This document shows positions 25,262 through 40,600 of a stretch of 64,000 bases of DNA, one piece after another (the stretch's first letter is position 1; every line of letters begins with the position of its first letter). The DNA lies in IMG/VR virus record IMGVR_UViG_3300032295_000548, positions 1 through 64,000 of that record, one strand, 5' to 3'. The notes below the pieces were generated by a model. It saw only the letters and a program-made list of their open reading frames with translations, was not told the origin of the DNA and ran no database searches. Both the position numbers and the translations under genes were made by a program. The stretch comes from a virus. Taxonomy: Duplodnaviria; Caudoviricetes.

Positions 25262-28200
25262 ATGGCTACAAGTTCACGACAGTCCGCATTATTCGGTGTA
25301 AACGATTGGCAAGCAATTTACCAAACCTTTCGTGAAGCCGACTTCAGAAGCTACGATTATGAAACCCTACGTAAGAGTTTCATCGATTACTTACGTGTAT
25401 ACTACCCGGAAACATTCAATGATTTCACTGAATCTAGTGAATTTATTGCCCTACTTGACGTTATAGCGTTTATGGGTCAAGGTCTTGCTTTCCGCAATGA
25501 CTTGAACACCCGTGAGAACTTCATTGACACTGCTGAACGTAGAGACAGTGTTATCAAACTAGCTAATTTGGTTAGCTATACGCCTAAACGTAACTTGGCT
25601 GCTCAAGGTTATCTAAAAATTGTAAACATACAAACTACTCAAAACATCACTGATTTGAATGGTACAAATTTAAGCAATCTTCCTATTCTATGGAATGATC
25701 CTGCAAACCCAGCTTGGATTGAGCAATTCAACACAATTATCAATGCGGCATTAGTTGATACACAACGTATTGGTCGTCCTGGAAACATAGCAGATTTATT
25801 AGATGTTACCACTAGTGAATACACACTAAGAATACCTAATAATGCATTGCCAATCGTCCCGTTCACTACTGTAGTCGATGGCATTGCGATGAATTTTGAA
25901 CTTTGCAGTGTAACTAGTGTAGACGCAGATTACATGTACGAGATTCCTCCTGCTCCTAGCGGTCGTTTCAACATGTTATATCGCAATGATAAGCTTGGTT
26001 ATGGTAGCCCAAATACAGGTTACTTCTTCTATTTTAAGCAAGGAACATTACAAAACTTTGATTTCACATTGGAACAGCAAATTGCCAATCAAGTAGTAAA
26101 CATTGATATTGACGGTGTTAATAACACAGATACATGGTTGTATCAATTAAATCAAAACAATGGTACTAGAGTATTATGGAACAAAGTAGAAAACATTTAC
26201 GCTGACGCATACTTACAGACAGAAACAAGTAATAGAACTATATTCTCTGTAAACTCACGCTTCAATGACCAAGTAAGTTATGTGTTTGGTGACGGCGTTT
26301 TCAGTCAAATCCCTGTAGGTACTTTCCGTGCTTATGTTCGTGGGGGAAATGCATTGACATACACTATTGATCCTAACGAAATGCAGGGCGTAACTGTTTC
26401 TTTTAGTTACATCAATAGAACAGGTAAAACAGAAATTTTAACGTTGGGTCTTGAGTTACAACTACCAGTATCTAACGCACAAGTACGTGAACCCCTAGCG
26501 CAAATTAAACAACGTGCGCCAACACGATACTATACTCAAAACCGTATGGTTAATGGTGAAGATTACAACAACTTCCCATATACGTTGTATAGCTCTATTA
26601 TTAAGTCAAAGGCTATCAATCGTTCAAGTATTGGTGTCAGTAAAAACTTAGATTTGTTGGATCCTACAGGAAAGTATTCAAGCTTAAACAGCTTTGCAAC
26701 TGACGGTGCATTATGGCAAAATGATACCAATGGTTTTGAGTCGTTGACAATCAACACTGTTGGTAACATTATTACGTTCTTAACAGACACTATGGGTAGT
26801 GTACTATCAAGTAACCGTGTCGTTCAGTACTACACTCAAAACTTCCCTCAGTATTCGATTAATACTGCTTCAGGTGATGGTACCATATACTGGAATGCAA
26901 GTACAGTTGATGCTAATTCATTGACTGGTTACTTCTTTAACATCACTGATGGTAGCCCATTACCAGTGCCAATTGGCACATACTCTACAAACAATGTAAA
27001 GTACATCACGCCAGGAGCATTAGTAAAATTTACTGCTCCTAGTGGATTCTACTTTGATAACACAAATCATCTTGTTTCAGGTATTGCCGGCCCAAGTAAT
27101 CAAACATACTTTTGGACTACCGTGCTATCAGTTATAGGAGATGGTTATAACAACGGTGAAGGTAACTTTGCTAATGGCACAGGCCCTGTTACATTAAATG
27201 GTTATGTACCTGAAGGTGCAATACTAACTACTGTACTACCTGCATTTGATAATTCTTTGTCTAACGAAATTGTACAAGAGTGTATCATTCGTATGGAATT
27301 ACAACAAAACTTTAGTTTAGTTTTCAATAACTCATTGACTATTGCACAGGATCGTTGGAGTATCAAACAATACAATGACGCCAATTGGTTTGTAAATTTT
27401 GAATTTACAAATGGAAGATACAATGTAACATATCGTTCATTACGTTACTACTTTGGTAGTGTGCAAGATACACGTTTTAGTTTTGAACGTGACAAGTTGG
27501 TTTATGATCCACTTAGCGGTAAAATCTTACAAGACTTTATTAGTGTGTTAGCGACAAACACACAGCCAACGAGCAACAATCCCCTATCGAAACCAGTAAC
27601 AATTAACATTGTTGGTCAGACAGTAGAGAGCGATGGCTACATTAATGATTTTGAAGTTGAAGTAGCAAGTAATGATATTAACAATCGTGGATTGATTATT
27701 AATCCTGACTTCTTCCAAACAGTAACTGGATACACCACAGGCGGAGCCAATTCAGGTATCTATGTATTCTTTGAGTTAGTAGAAGATGCAATTAGTTTGT
27801 CTAGATATCAGATTGTACCAACAAGTGATGTAGTTCAATATCAAACTAAGACACAAATAGAAGTAGCTAAATATGAGTACCCACTAGGACAACTATTTTA
27901 TGCATACGGTGAAAATGTGTTTTGGAAAACAGTTCAAGATCAAACAGTGAACACACCTTTCTACGTATTGGTTGCACAACCACAATATTCTATAAGACCA
28001 GGTCGTCAAGGATTGCAATTCCAATATCGCCACAATAGTAACAATACTACACGTATTGATCCAGCTACCACAAACATTATTGACTTGTACGTAGTCACAC
28101 AAAGCTACTATACACAATATCAAAACTATATTAGAGATACATCTAACACAGTCGCCATGCCGCCTAAGCCAACTATTAATCAATTGAGCGAAGAATATGG

Positions 28201-28627
28201 TGAATTGAACAATTATAAAATGTTAAGTGACAGTATGGTACTGAACAGTGTTGTTTTCAAACCATTGTTTGGTCCTAAATCAGCTTCAAACTTACAAGCA
28301 ACCATAAAAGTAATCAAAGCATCAAATACAAATGCAAGTGATAGTGAAATTCGTAGTGCAGTATTGACAGCAATGAATGTATATTTTGATATCAACAATT
28401 GGAACTTTGGAGACACCTTCTACTTCAGTGAGTTAAGTGCATATTTGCATGACCAAGTAGGTGAGTACATTAGTTCCGCAGTTCTAGTACCAAATGATCC
28501 TACAATGAAGTTCGGAGATTTATATGAAATAAAATGCTCACCCTATGAGATTTTCGTCAATGCGGCAACCGCAAATGACGTATTGGTTATAGCTGCCCTA
28601 ACACCAGCTGAATTACAAATTGCATAA
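25262..28627 (+). CDS. gp6: Baseplate wedge subunit
   Basis: ENFIDTAERRDSVIKLANLVSYTPKR, FGDGVF and APTRYYTQNRMVNGEDY. Confidence 0.9.
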   Translation: MATSSRQSALFGVNDWQAIYQTFREADFRSYDYETLRKSFIDYLRVYYPETFNDFTESSEFIALLDVIAFMGQGLAFRNDLNTRENFIDTAERRDSVIKLANLVSYTPKRNLAAQGYLKIVNIQTTQNITDLNGTNLSNLPILWNDPANPAWIEQFNTIINAALVDTQRIGRPGNIADLLDVTTSEYTLRIPNNALPIVPFTTVVDGIAMNFELCSVTSVDADYMYEIPPAPSGRFNMLYRNDKLGYGSPNTGYFFYFKQGTLQNFDFTLEQQIANQVVNIDIDGVNNTDTWLYQLNQNNGTRVLWNKVENIYADAYLQTETSNRTIFSVNSRFNDQVSYVFGDGVFSQIPVGTFRAYVRGGNALTYTIDPNEMQGVTVSFSYINRTGKTEILTLGLELQLPVSNAQVREPLAQIKQRAPTRYYTQNRMVNGEDYNNFPYTLYSSIIKSKAINRSSIGVSKNLDLLDPTGKYSSLNSFATDGALWQNDTNGFESLTINTVGNIITFLTDTMGSVLSSNRVVQYYTQNFPQYSINTASGDGTIYWNASTVDANSLTGYFFNITDGSPLPVPIGTYSTNNVKYITPGALVKFTAPSGFYFDNTNHLVSGIAGPSNQTYFWTTVLSVIGDGYNNGEGNFANGTGPVTLNGYVPEGAILTTVLPAFDNSLSNEIVQECIIRMELQQNFSLVFNNSLTIAQDRWSIKQYNDANWFVNFEFTNGRYNVTYRSLRYYFGSVQDTRFSFERDKLVYDPLSGKILQDFISVLATNTQPTSNNPLSKPVTINIVGQTVESDGYINDFEVEVASNDINNRGLIINPDFFQTVTGYTTGGANSGIYVFFELVEDAISLSRYQIVPTSDVVQYQTKTQIEVAKYEYPLGQLFYAYGENVFWKTVQDQTVNTPFYVLVAQPQYSIRPGRQGLQFQYRHNSNNTTRIDPATTNIIDLYVVTQSYYTQYQNYIRDTSNTVAMPPKPTINQLSEEYGELNNYKMLSDSMVLNSVVFKPLFGPKSASNLQATIKVIKASNTNASDSEIRSAVLTAMNVYFDINNWNFGDTFYFSELSAYLHDQVGEYISSAVLVPNDPTMKFGDLYEIKCSPYEIFVNAATANDVLVIAALTPAELQIA

Positions 28628-28637
28628 GTAATATATT

Positions 28638-31600
28638 ATGGCATCAAGAATTAGAACACTAAATTTTCTACCAGACGTTTTCCAAACACCTACGAACGCA
28701 CAGTTTTTAGCCGCAACATTAGACCAAATTGTTGCACAACCAGAGACAAAAAGAATCGAAGGGTACATTGGTACTAAGTTTGGTTATGGTATAAACGCTA
28801 AAGATTACTATGTAACAGAACCAACAAAAACTCGTAGAGATTATCAATTAGATCCAGGTGTTGTCTTTACTAAAACTAACGAATCTGTAGCAAAAGATTT
28901 TATCAGCTATCCTGGTATCATTGATGCATTGAAACTTGAAGGTGGCGTTACTGACGATAATAATCGTTTGTTCAACAGCCAATTCTATTCATGGGATAGC
29001 TTTACTAACCTAGACAAGGTTATTAATTATAACCAGTACTATTGGATTCCAGAAGGTCCTGCAAGGGTAGTTGTTTCCAACGAAACAGTTTACTACGCCA
29101 ACGACTATGCAGTGTATGACCTACCTAATGGATATAATATTATACCGTTGACAAGTGCTGACAGTTTAGGTTCTACGAATCCTACATTAACATTGTTGCG
29201 CGGTGGTACTTATACTTTTGCTGTTAATCAAGATTCACAATTTTGGATTCAAGGTGAACCAGGCGTTACTGGATTTAGTAACACACAACCTAACGTACAA
29301 ACTCGTGATGTTTTAGGTGTTAACAATAACGGAGCTAGTCAAGGCATTGTTACATTTACTGTACCTCCAAAAAATGCACAAGACGAATATAACTTCCCTG
29401 GTAACAACTTAGTAAGTTTAGTATCAAACCTCCCATTCGCACAAGTTAATGGTTATAGAATTTCTGATTTGACAAATGGAATCGATGGAGTAACATCACT
29501 TGATGGACTAACCATCATGTTCTATAATACTGGATTGCCAAATGAAGTTGGCTATGTATCTAACTTCTTTGATTACACACCGTATGACGAAAACAATGAT
29601 CTAACTTCATTGCAGACAATAAGTATCACTTCTACTAACAGCTCCACAGACGCTATCACATGTAATAGCACTGCAAATTTAATAGTAGGAAATGCAATAG
29701 TATTCAATGGCACTCCTTTTGGTGGCATATCTCAGTATTCAACAACATTACCTAACACAATTTATTATGTAGAGTCAATTATTAACTCTACTCAGTTTAC
29801 AATTTCTACAACACCTAATGGATCTATCTATCCATTAACTACAGACACCGGATCTATGACTGGGGTAATCAATCAAGGTCAATATGAACAAGGATACTAT
29901 ACTAATGTTAGTGAACATTTTTACACAGTTCAACTCATCGGTGATCCTTCTGATCCTGTAATTAGATTAGTAGAAGCTTCTGCAATTCCAGTAACTCAAA
30001 AAATTACAGCATCATTTGGTGTTCAATATGGCGCTAGAAGTTTTTACAGAACTGCCAGTGGTGCGATTCTAATTATTCCATATATCAGCGCACCATTAGA
30101 TACACTATATTATCAAGATAGTAGCTCTCCAACTAAAGTAGGGGCAATTAGATTAGTAGAAAGCAATATCACTAACACATTAAATGTTGATACTGATATT
30201 ATAGGTCAATCTCAATTCACTGCTACCAATGGTATTGTATTTACTAATGGATTGAAAGTTGTTTTCCAAGGTGATGTTATTCCTAGTAACTATTTGACTG
30301 GTGAATACTATGTAGAAGGTGTAGGCACTTCAATTGAACTATTACCTGTAGAGGATTTTATTGCGCCTGAAGGTTTTACTGCCACCACATATGTGCCGTG
30401 GGACGTTTTAGGTTGGGACTCTACTGATTGGGAAGGCAATTCCTATATCCCAGTTACTCCTGATTACATTACTATTGCACGTAATAGTATAGATAAAAAT
30501 GCATGGTCTCGTAGCAATCGTTGGTTCCATATTGATGTTATCAATGCTACTGCAACCTATAATAACAATCCAAACTTAGTTACATTATATGCAACTTCGG
30601 AATATAAGGCAAAGCGTCCTATTATTGAATTCTACCCTAACATCAAGATGTTTAATTCAGGTTCTGAGGGTAAAGCACCAGTTGACTATATTGACACTAG
30701 AACTACAGATGCATTCACATATGTTGCAGGTCAACAAAATTACTATCCAGACGTAGAAGTATACACTGCTTATACAGCTACTATAACTAGCACCAATTAT
30801 CTTGCTGATAGAGTGATTCAAACAGGAAGTAACTCTACTGGTGTTTTTACTGTTGCTAGTGGCTACAATACTACAGGGTTTAATGTAAATGACTTAATTG
30901 TTTTTGACGATATAACACCGGGATCAGGTATTACTACCGGCGGATCATATTATGTTGCTCAAGTTGTTTCAAGCACACAGTTTAAAATTTCTGCAACAAA
31001 AGGCGGTGCTATAGTAATACCAGCAGTTTCTGTAACTGGTCCATATAGTTTTACATGGTCACCACTTAGTACAACAATTACGATAGCCAATGATGACATT
31101 TTTGGTAAGTTGAACGCACCAGGTGCGTTCACTGTAGGTCAATATGTTACTGATTCTACTAATGCTCTACCACGCAACACACAAATCAGCGCAATTTCAG
31201 GTACAACAACACTGACATTGACACTAGATTGGGACGAGGGTGGAAATTATTTTGCACAACAAACTAATGCGTCTATCATTGGTACTGATACAACAAATGA
31301 CAATTATGCATTGTTTGACGGGTCAAGAATTGTCTTTACACAAGACACTGATATTAACGTAAAGAATAAAATTTACATATCAAGATTCTCTACTATTTCA
31401 GGATCATCCGTACCAGTCATTACTCTAACTGAAGCTAGTGACGGTGAAGTACTCGCAGATCAACAAACTGTTGCTCTACGTGGATATTTCAATCAAGGAA
31501 AAGAATTTTGGTACGATGGTATCGATTGGATAGAAGCTCAACAAAAGACAAATTTGAATCAATCACCATTATTTGATGTATTTGATTCTAACAACATTAG

Positions 31601-34600
31601 TTTTGGTAATTCTGAAATATATGTAGGCACATCGTTTACTGGATGTAAATTATTTTCTTATGGAATTGGATCAGGACTAGACGATACAGTGTTAGGTTTC
31701 CCGGTAAGATATAGTTCCATAGATAACGTAGGAGACCTAAGCTTTGACGTTTCTTTAAACTTAGATACCTTTGATTATGTTAATGGAACTGAACCAGTAA
31801 CTCAAAAAGTAAACACTGGATATGTGTTCCAGTATAACAATCGTATAGAATATAATAGACAGCTTGGATGGCAGACTGCGGTAAGCCCAAGTATACAGTA
31901 TCAAATATTTGAATTTAATTATGATCCGCTAGTACCCACAACTGAATTTGTTTGTGATATTGCTAAGTCAAGTTCAGATTCAACAAACTGGCCTACTATT
32001 GAAGTGTATGTTAATAATGTCACAGTTCCTCATGATGAATATACTGTGGTAGTTGGCCCGGACACAACTACAGTAACTTTAACTACAGATCCAATAATAG
32101 AAACAGTCATTCAAATTTTAGTATTGAGTGACCAAGTAAGTCAAACAGCGTATTATTCTATACCTGTTAACTTAAACAACAACCCATTGAATGCAGATAT
32201 CACTGTTGCAAACTTAGGTGATATTCGTGGCCAGTATCAAAGTATATTTTACAATAACCCAAATACAACCGGTGAAGTATTTGGTCCAAACAACTACCGT
32301 GATCTAGGTAATATGGTACCGTGGGGCGATAGGATTATTCAAAATAGTGCTAGCATGGTTTTACCAGGAGCATTCTTACGTAAACAAGAACATAACCTGT
32401 TCAATGCATTAATGTTTAACAGCAGAGAATATGTCAAGTTTAAAAACCTATTGGCATATACTGTACAAAATAGTGACTATACGCAACGTTATGATCCAGC
32501 TACATTATTAGATGATGCGTTGGATCAAATCACTGCATCAAAGAACGACAGTCAACCATTCTTTTGGTCTGATATGCTACCAAACAAAGCGGCGTATGTT
32601 TCTAATACCTACTCATTTGCAAACAGTTTGGATGTAAGTATCTATCCATTGACAAGAGTATATGATTATACTACTGCAAATTACTACGGGGTATTAGTGT
32701 ACTTGACACGCACAGCCCTAGGCGTAACAACAACACAGCAATTAATTAAAGGACAGGACTATACCATTAGCACTACTGCACCTTCGTTAACTGTTTCATT
32801 AGACTTGCTACCGGGTGACGTAATTACAATTAAAGAGTATAATCAAACTTATGGCTCTTACGTACCAAACACACCAACTAAGTTAGGGTTGTATCCTGCT
32901 TATACACCTGAAGTAATACTAGATAGTAATTACAGCACTCCTACTTATTTCATTCGTGGTCACGATGGATCATACACAAAACTATACGGTGAATATGATG
33001 CATTGACTGGATTACTAACTGATTTTAGAGATCAAACTAGTTTGGAATTCGAACTACGTGTATACAACAACTTAAAGATTAGTTCTGTTATACCTATCAA
33101 GGAATATGAAGTTGTTCCTGGTTTCTTTAGAGAAATTGACTATACTTACGAACAATGGTTGTCTATTTATAGCTCTGGTTTCTTAAACTGGGTAGGTCAA
33201 AATCGTTTGAATTATAAGATCCAGTTCTATAACAGCAATGATAACTATTCTTACAACTACTATCAAAGCGGAAATGCAATCAACAAGGCACCTATATCAC
33301 AGGGCTATTGGAGAGGTATATATCAGTATTTCTATGATACTACAACACCGAACACTACACCATGGGAAATGTTAGGATTTACTGAGATGCCATCATGGTG
33401 GACAGGTCGATATGGTCCTGCACCGTATACAAGTGATAACTTAGTTTTGTGGACTGACTTATCAGAAGGTATAGATTGGAACAACGGAGATCCAGTTGTA
33501 ATTCCACAAGCCGTTCGTGATGGCTTATTAGAAATTATACCAGTTGATTCTGCTGGAAACTTGCTACCACCGATAGATTCTGTAGTAGGTGCATACAATC
33601 AAAGATTATTCCAACGTGATTGGAAAGTTGGTGATGGTGCACCAGTTGAATTTAGCTACCGTCGTTCTAGTTCATATCCATTTGATCTAATGAGAATAAT
33701 GGCGTTGACTAAGCCAGCACAATTCTTCAATTTAGGAGTTGATGTAGACCATTACAAATACAATGCAGAATTTAATCAATACTTGGTAAACAACCGTAGT
33801 CACTTGAGAATGAGTGATATCGATGTGTATGGATCAGGCACACCAGTTACTAGTTATGTAAACTGGGTTGTTGACTATGAAAAACAAGTCGGCATAAACG
33901 CCACAACAAACATTACAGAAATGTTTAACAACATGGATGTTCGTTTAGTTTATAGAGTAGCCGGCTTCACTGACAAATCACTATTGAAGTTTTATGTTGA
34001 AAAAGGTACACCAAACAGTAGAAATGCTAGTTTGTTGATACCTGATGAAAGCTACAGCGTATTGTTGTATGATAACCAACCATTCAATAGAATTGTTTAT
34101 TCAGGTGTTATCGTTCAAATTAACAGTACAGGTGGATATAACATATTTGGTAATTCACAAACTAATGCTTACTTCAAAACTTTAAAACCAAAATACGCAG
34201 GAAAATATGATACAATAGAAGTTGAAGGGTTGTCTGTTAAAGTAACACCTGAACACTATTCAACTGAACAACTTATACCTTATAATACTACATTATACAC
34301 AGCACAAGAAGTTTCGCAATTCTTAGCTGATTACGGTGCATACTTAATTAGTTTAGGTATGAAGTTTGAAGATACTGAAAGCGGTCTAGAAATTAACTGG
34401 GCTCAGATGATTGCTGAGTTCTTGTATTGGGCACAAACCGGATGGGCACCTGGCAGTATCGTTACATTGAATCCATCTGCTAAGAAATTGACTATTGACA
34501 AAGATAGCAATATTGTGCAACCATTGACAATACAACAGTCTAACTTTGTATTGAATCAAAACTTATACCCAATACAAACAAATGATCTTTCTATTGTTCG

Positions 34601-37600
34601 TGAGGGAACTGCATTCAGCGCAACAGCATTGAATGATGGAGATACTATTTCGTATGGACAGTTCAATTTGAGCAACTTTGAACATGGTATTGTTTTTGAT
34701 AACGTTACCTTGTTTGGGGATATTATCTATAACTTGACAACTGGATTACGTCAGAATCGTATTGCATTGCGTGGTACAAAGAGTGCTGATTGGAATGGTA
34801 CAGTTAACGCAGCCGGCTTTATCTATAATCAAGATAATATCAAAGAATGGAACCGTACAGTTAAGTATACCAAAGGTGAAATTGTTAAGTACAAGAACAA
34901 GTACTGGATCGCTACTAAAATTATCCAAGCAAGCGAAATATTCAAAGAAGCTGATTGGAAACGAACAGATTACGATGAGGTTCAAAAAGGTCTGTTACCT
35001 AACTCAAGTACACGTAGTTATGAAAGTTCATTGTACTACGACATTGACAGGGCTAACCTAGAGAATGATGCAGACTTATTGAGTTTCAGTTTGATTGGAT
35101 ATAGACCACGTGACTACATGGCTCTTGCAGATTTGACTGATATTACTCAAGTCAACGTGTACAAGAACATGATTAAAAACAAAGGTACATTGAATGCAGC
35201 CTCTGCATTCAGAGGTGCAAACTTGCCACAAGGCGGGATTGATTATGAAATCTTTGAAAACTGGGCTATTAAAGCAGGTGAGTTTGGCGGTGTACTAAAC
35301 AACAACTTTGTTGAATTTAGAGTTAATGAAAAGAACATGACAGGTAATCCTGCAATCGTAGGATTGACTGACGGAGTATACAATGTAGGCGTACAACAAG
35401 AAGTACCATTGTATTCATTGTTTAACTACGGAAGACCTATCACAAATGTTGACGTATTGCCCACAAATGAAGTCGATACTCCAAATACAATTTATCCAGA
35501 TGCAGGTTATGTAAATTACAACGATGTAAAAATGTCTGCATTCTTCTATTCTCAATTGGGAGTAGCAGTTGACAAGAACGGTTCTATCGTACCTATTGAA
35601 GATTTCTTTGTTCGTGATTATGTATGGCTAGCTAATTACCTAGAGCGTTGGGAAGTATATACTCCTGTTGCTATGGGTCAAGTAGTATCAGCAAGAAATA
35701 ACTTGAATGAAACAGTAACAATTACGTTCAACAAACCACATAACCTAAGACAATATCAACCGTTTGCAATTGTAAACTTTGATTTAGCTATCGATGGTTA
35801 CTACCTAGCAACTATTGTTATTGACCAATACAGAGTGTTAGTAAACAGAACACTAGACACAAGCATCAAGACTATTACAGGTCAAGGCGTTGCAATGAAG
35901 TTTAGTTCTCAACGTGTTGCTACACCTGCTGAAATAGCAGACTTGCCACTAACTGACGCTGAGTTTAGAAAAAATACAGTATGGGTAGACACTAATGGTT
36001 CTGGTTCTTGGGGAGTTTATCGTAAAGGTATTAACTACACATTAACTAGCCAAGTAACAAAAACTTCTAGCCAATCGTTAGGTAGTGCGGTTGCGGTTGG
36101 TGATCAATTGGGTTACTTAATAAGTGACGCTGACCTAGGTCAAGTGTATCGTTACACCTACAACGATCTATCACAATCATATGAATTAGTTCAGACTATT
36201 ACCGGCAGTGCATCTTTTGGTAGCACTATTAGCTATGCCGGTGACGTTTATGCAATTGCACAAACTACGGGTGGTTCTAGAACTGTTAAACTATATCAAC
36301 TACAGAATACAACTACTAGTGACGATTTGGTATTGATACAAACTATACCATATGAAACAGGTGCAACTACTTGGGGAACATCTATTGCAATGTCTGGAAA
36401 TCTAGATTGGATCTATATATCTGACATTGACAACAACACGGTTCACGTATACCAACGTTCTAATATATCAACGACCGCTGGCAATTTTGAATCTACAGAA
36501 ACATACGTTATCAATGAAATAGGTACTACCGATTTTACTTTGATTGGTGCAACATCTAACGATGTTGGTGTGAAGTTTATTGCAACTGGTGTAGGAACAG
36601 GCACTGGTGTAGCTACTAAGATTACATACAATGTGGTAACTATTATTGATGGTGATGCATTGGGTTTAACGAACCCTGGTGACAGATTTGGTTACTCAAT
36701 TTCTACGGACTATGACGGTGATGAAATTGTCATAGGAGCTCCGTACAAAGATTACGGTGCTTATGATAAATGGGGCCAGTCATATGTATTTCAAAAGTTG
36801 TATCAGAATATAGAAATTCAGTACAACACAATTGCACCTACATCACAAACATTGCAGTTAGCATGGACACCTGATACAACACAATTTACAGTTACTGCAA
36901 CTAATGCTACTACAGATAGAATTACATTGACTGTAGCAATGGATCCAATAGCAGATTTAGATAAACCAATCATATTTTCGGGTTCAGGATTTGGGGGAAC
37001 AGAAATTGTCACTGAAAAAGTTTATTATGTTTCTACTATTTCAGGATCTAATATTACTATCAAGCAAACCAGAGAAAGCACAACTGATGTTGCACTAAGC
37101 ACGGCTGCCGGATTAACCAACACATATGCTTATCTACAAGACGATACTCTATTTGTATCTAAGAATGGTACATTAGTTCAGGATAACAATTATGCTGTAA
37201 TCAATGATACATTGATTTACACTAACTCTTTAGATGCCGGAGATATTTTAAATGTAAGTGGTCATTTCATTACTATAGTTCAGACTCTTACTACTGAACA
37301 GACTCCTCAGACCGGAGCACAATTTGGCACTAGTGTTGCTACCAATATACATGCTAGTGAAATACTAGTAGGTGCTCCGTATCAATTGAATACACAAGTT
37401 TCTGAAGGTGTTGTTTATCGTTACACTGATCCAGGAGTAGTTTATGGAATATACACTGGTACTACAGATTGTAATGTCACTACTACTAGAAAATTACTAA
37501 TCAATGGATTCTTAACTTACATACCTGCAGGCGACGCAAGTGATGCCGCTGATGCTATTAATTCTGCACAGATTACTAATGTGGCTGCAACTAACATTGA

Positions 37601-40600
37601 TGGTAAATTGGCTATCTTCTTAATAGATAGTGATCTTGCACCTGCTTTTGAGAAATTATTCATAGGTGTAACTGACGATCAAACACTAACTGAATTGGGT
37701 ATTCAAACATATACGTTGACACAAGAAATTTTGTGTCCACACACTGAAGGCCCCACACAATTTGGTACAGTAATAAAATTCAACGAATATGGTAGCTTTG
37801 TTGCAAGTGCTCCGGTAGGAACACGATTCAGTGCAACTACATTTGATTTCATTGATGATGAAAATCAAGACAATGATACATTGTTTGACAACAATGCAAC
37901 TAATTGGATAGACGAATCTCCTAACTTTGGTGCTGTTTACATGTTTGATTACATTTCACAGTACAATGAAAGTTTAGCTAATATTGGTAAGTTTGTTTAT
38001 GCACAAAGCGTCAACTCACCTAATTTAGTGTATACTCCGTTTAATACGTATGACCAAGAAACTGACGTAACATCAAGTAATCAACCTCGTTACGGTACTG
38101 CATTAGACTTTAATAACTACGGTGTCATTGTAGGTACTCCTGGTGATGTTGGCGCTACTACTGGTACTGAGTATGCAGGGTCTGCGACAGTGTACAACAA
38201 CAGTTTGCGTGTCAAAGATTGGTCACTATACAGATATTCTGCTCCTATAGTAGATATCAATAAACTGTTCAACATACAATTGTTTAGTGCCGAAACTAAT
38301 CAAACACTAATCAATTTGGATTACATTGATCCATTGCAAGGAAAAATATTAGGTGCGGTTAGAGAAAACATTGACATAGTATCAAATGTTGATCCGGCAT
38401 CATATAATAATACAGCAACTGTTAATGGTAATCTAGTATGGGGTGCAGATTATGTTGGTAAGATTTGGTTGAACACTAAAAACATGCGTTATGTGAACTA
38501 TCATCAAAACGATGATGTGTCATATAACAGTCAATATTGGGCAACATTGTTCCCAGGTAGTGATGTTGCAGTTTATAGTTGGGTTGCAAGTAACGTATTG
38601 CCTAGTAGCTATCAAGGACCAGGAATTCCTCTAAGCATCAACTCATACTCAATACAATATGTAATAAATGAATCAGGTGCTCTGACTCCTGTATATTATT
38701 TCTGGGCTAGAAACACTAATATCATTAATGATAGTAAAACATTGTCTGACAGTATCATTGCGTCATACATTGAAAATCCTAAAGCATCTGGTATTAGTTA
38801 TTTCAGTCCTATACTACCTAGCGTTTATGGATTATACAATTCAAATGAATACATCAATGCAAATGATAGCGTATTGCACATTGGTTTTGCAACCGGAACA
38901 AACAATGATGTTTCACACGAACAATTCAATTTGATACGTGCTGGATTTGCAAGTGATTTCTTACCTGGAGTTCCATTGTTGTCTAACGAAGCTCCTGACA
39001 GTTTATATGATAGATTACTAGACAGCTTGTGCGGTGTAGATGAAACTGGTGCAATTGTTCCTAACCCATATTTACCAAAAGCAGTTCAAACTGGTATATT
39101 GGCTAGACCTCGTCAAAGCTTCTTCTTTAATCGCTATACTGCGTTAAAGAATTACCTACAGTATGCAAACAGTATATTGGCTCAATTTCCAATCACTGAG
39201 ATTCGTCAATCATCATTCTTAAATTCGAATGGTATTTTTTACGACACTGCTGACTATTGGGAATATATTAATTGGTGGTCTACTGGCTATGACAACAATA
39301 CTAAGTCTGCACTACAAGTTTTAAATTATGCAGATTTATCTACACTGTCTGTAGTAACAGGTACGATTGTATCAGTTACATCAAATAGTAACGGTAGAAC
39401 AGAAACGTATGTATATGAATCCAGTGGTAACTGGAGACGTATTGGCCTAGAGAATGGTACTATTAGATTCAAAACATCATTGTGGGATTATGAATCAGTT
39501 CGTTTGGGATTTGGTGATAATTTCTTTGACACTGATCTTTATGATATTTACCCAAGCGAAGAAACACGTAAAATTGTCCGTGCATTGAACGAACAAATTT
39601 ACACTGATGACCTTTTAGTATACAGAAACCGTAGTTTAATTTTGTTGTTTGAATACATTCAAAGTGAAACTACTGAAAATCAAAACTACTTGCCATGGTT
39701 GAATAAAACATCATTCATTGATGTTGCTCATACTATTCGTGAACTACGTCCTATTGAAGTATTCCAAAGTGATAACCAAGATTTCTTATCCGGTTACATG
39801 AATGAAATTAAACCATACCACGTAGTTATTAAAGAATTCTTATTCAAATATACAGGTGAAGAAGTTTATGGTGGTAATATCACTGACTTTGACTTACCTT
39901 CAAAATATAGTGCGGCTCAAGCGCAGTTCATAACACCTCAGTTAGTATACGCTAATTCTAATGGTGTAAATCAGTTCACACCTGATGATCCTATATGGGA
40001 AGAGCAAGAATATTCGCAATGGTTTGAGAATCATGGATTATCAATAACTGGTGAAAATGAAGTGCAGATGACCACATTAGCTTCATACCTTTCATTGAAC
40101 ACGAACTCATTTGCAGTAGATAATGCACAGGGTTTCCCTATCAATGGTATACTAACAATTGGTACAGAGCAAATAGGATATTCATCTGTTGATAGAGCAT
40201 TGAATGTTTTATCTGGTTTGACTCGAGGTGTAAACGGAACTACAATAGCACAGCATATTCCAGGTCAATTGATCTATATGAATTTACCGGCTGTTCTATT
40301 GTTAGATGGTGGTAGAGGATATGTAGAACCGCCTAAAGTAACAGCGTACATAGATACTACATTGTATCCTGCTCCAACTGTACCTGCTGTACTGACTGCT
40401 GTTATGAATTTGGATAGTGTATTAAGAGTTGACGTAGTTAATCCTGGCCAAGGGTATGCAGTATTGCCTAAGATCATAATTGATCCAGCAATAACAGTAC
40501 CGTTTACCAGTGCAGATGTAAACATCTTCTCTAACACAATTCAAGTATATGCTCCATTATTGCAAACAGGTGATCTTGTTCAATACAAGGTAGGAACTGA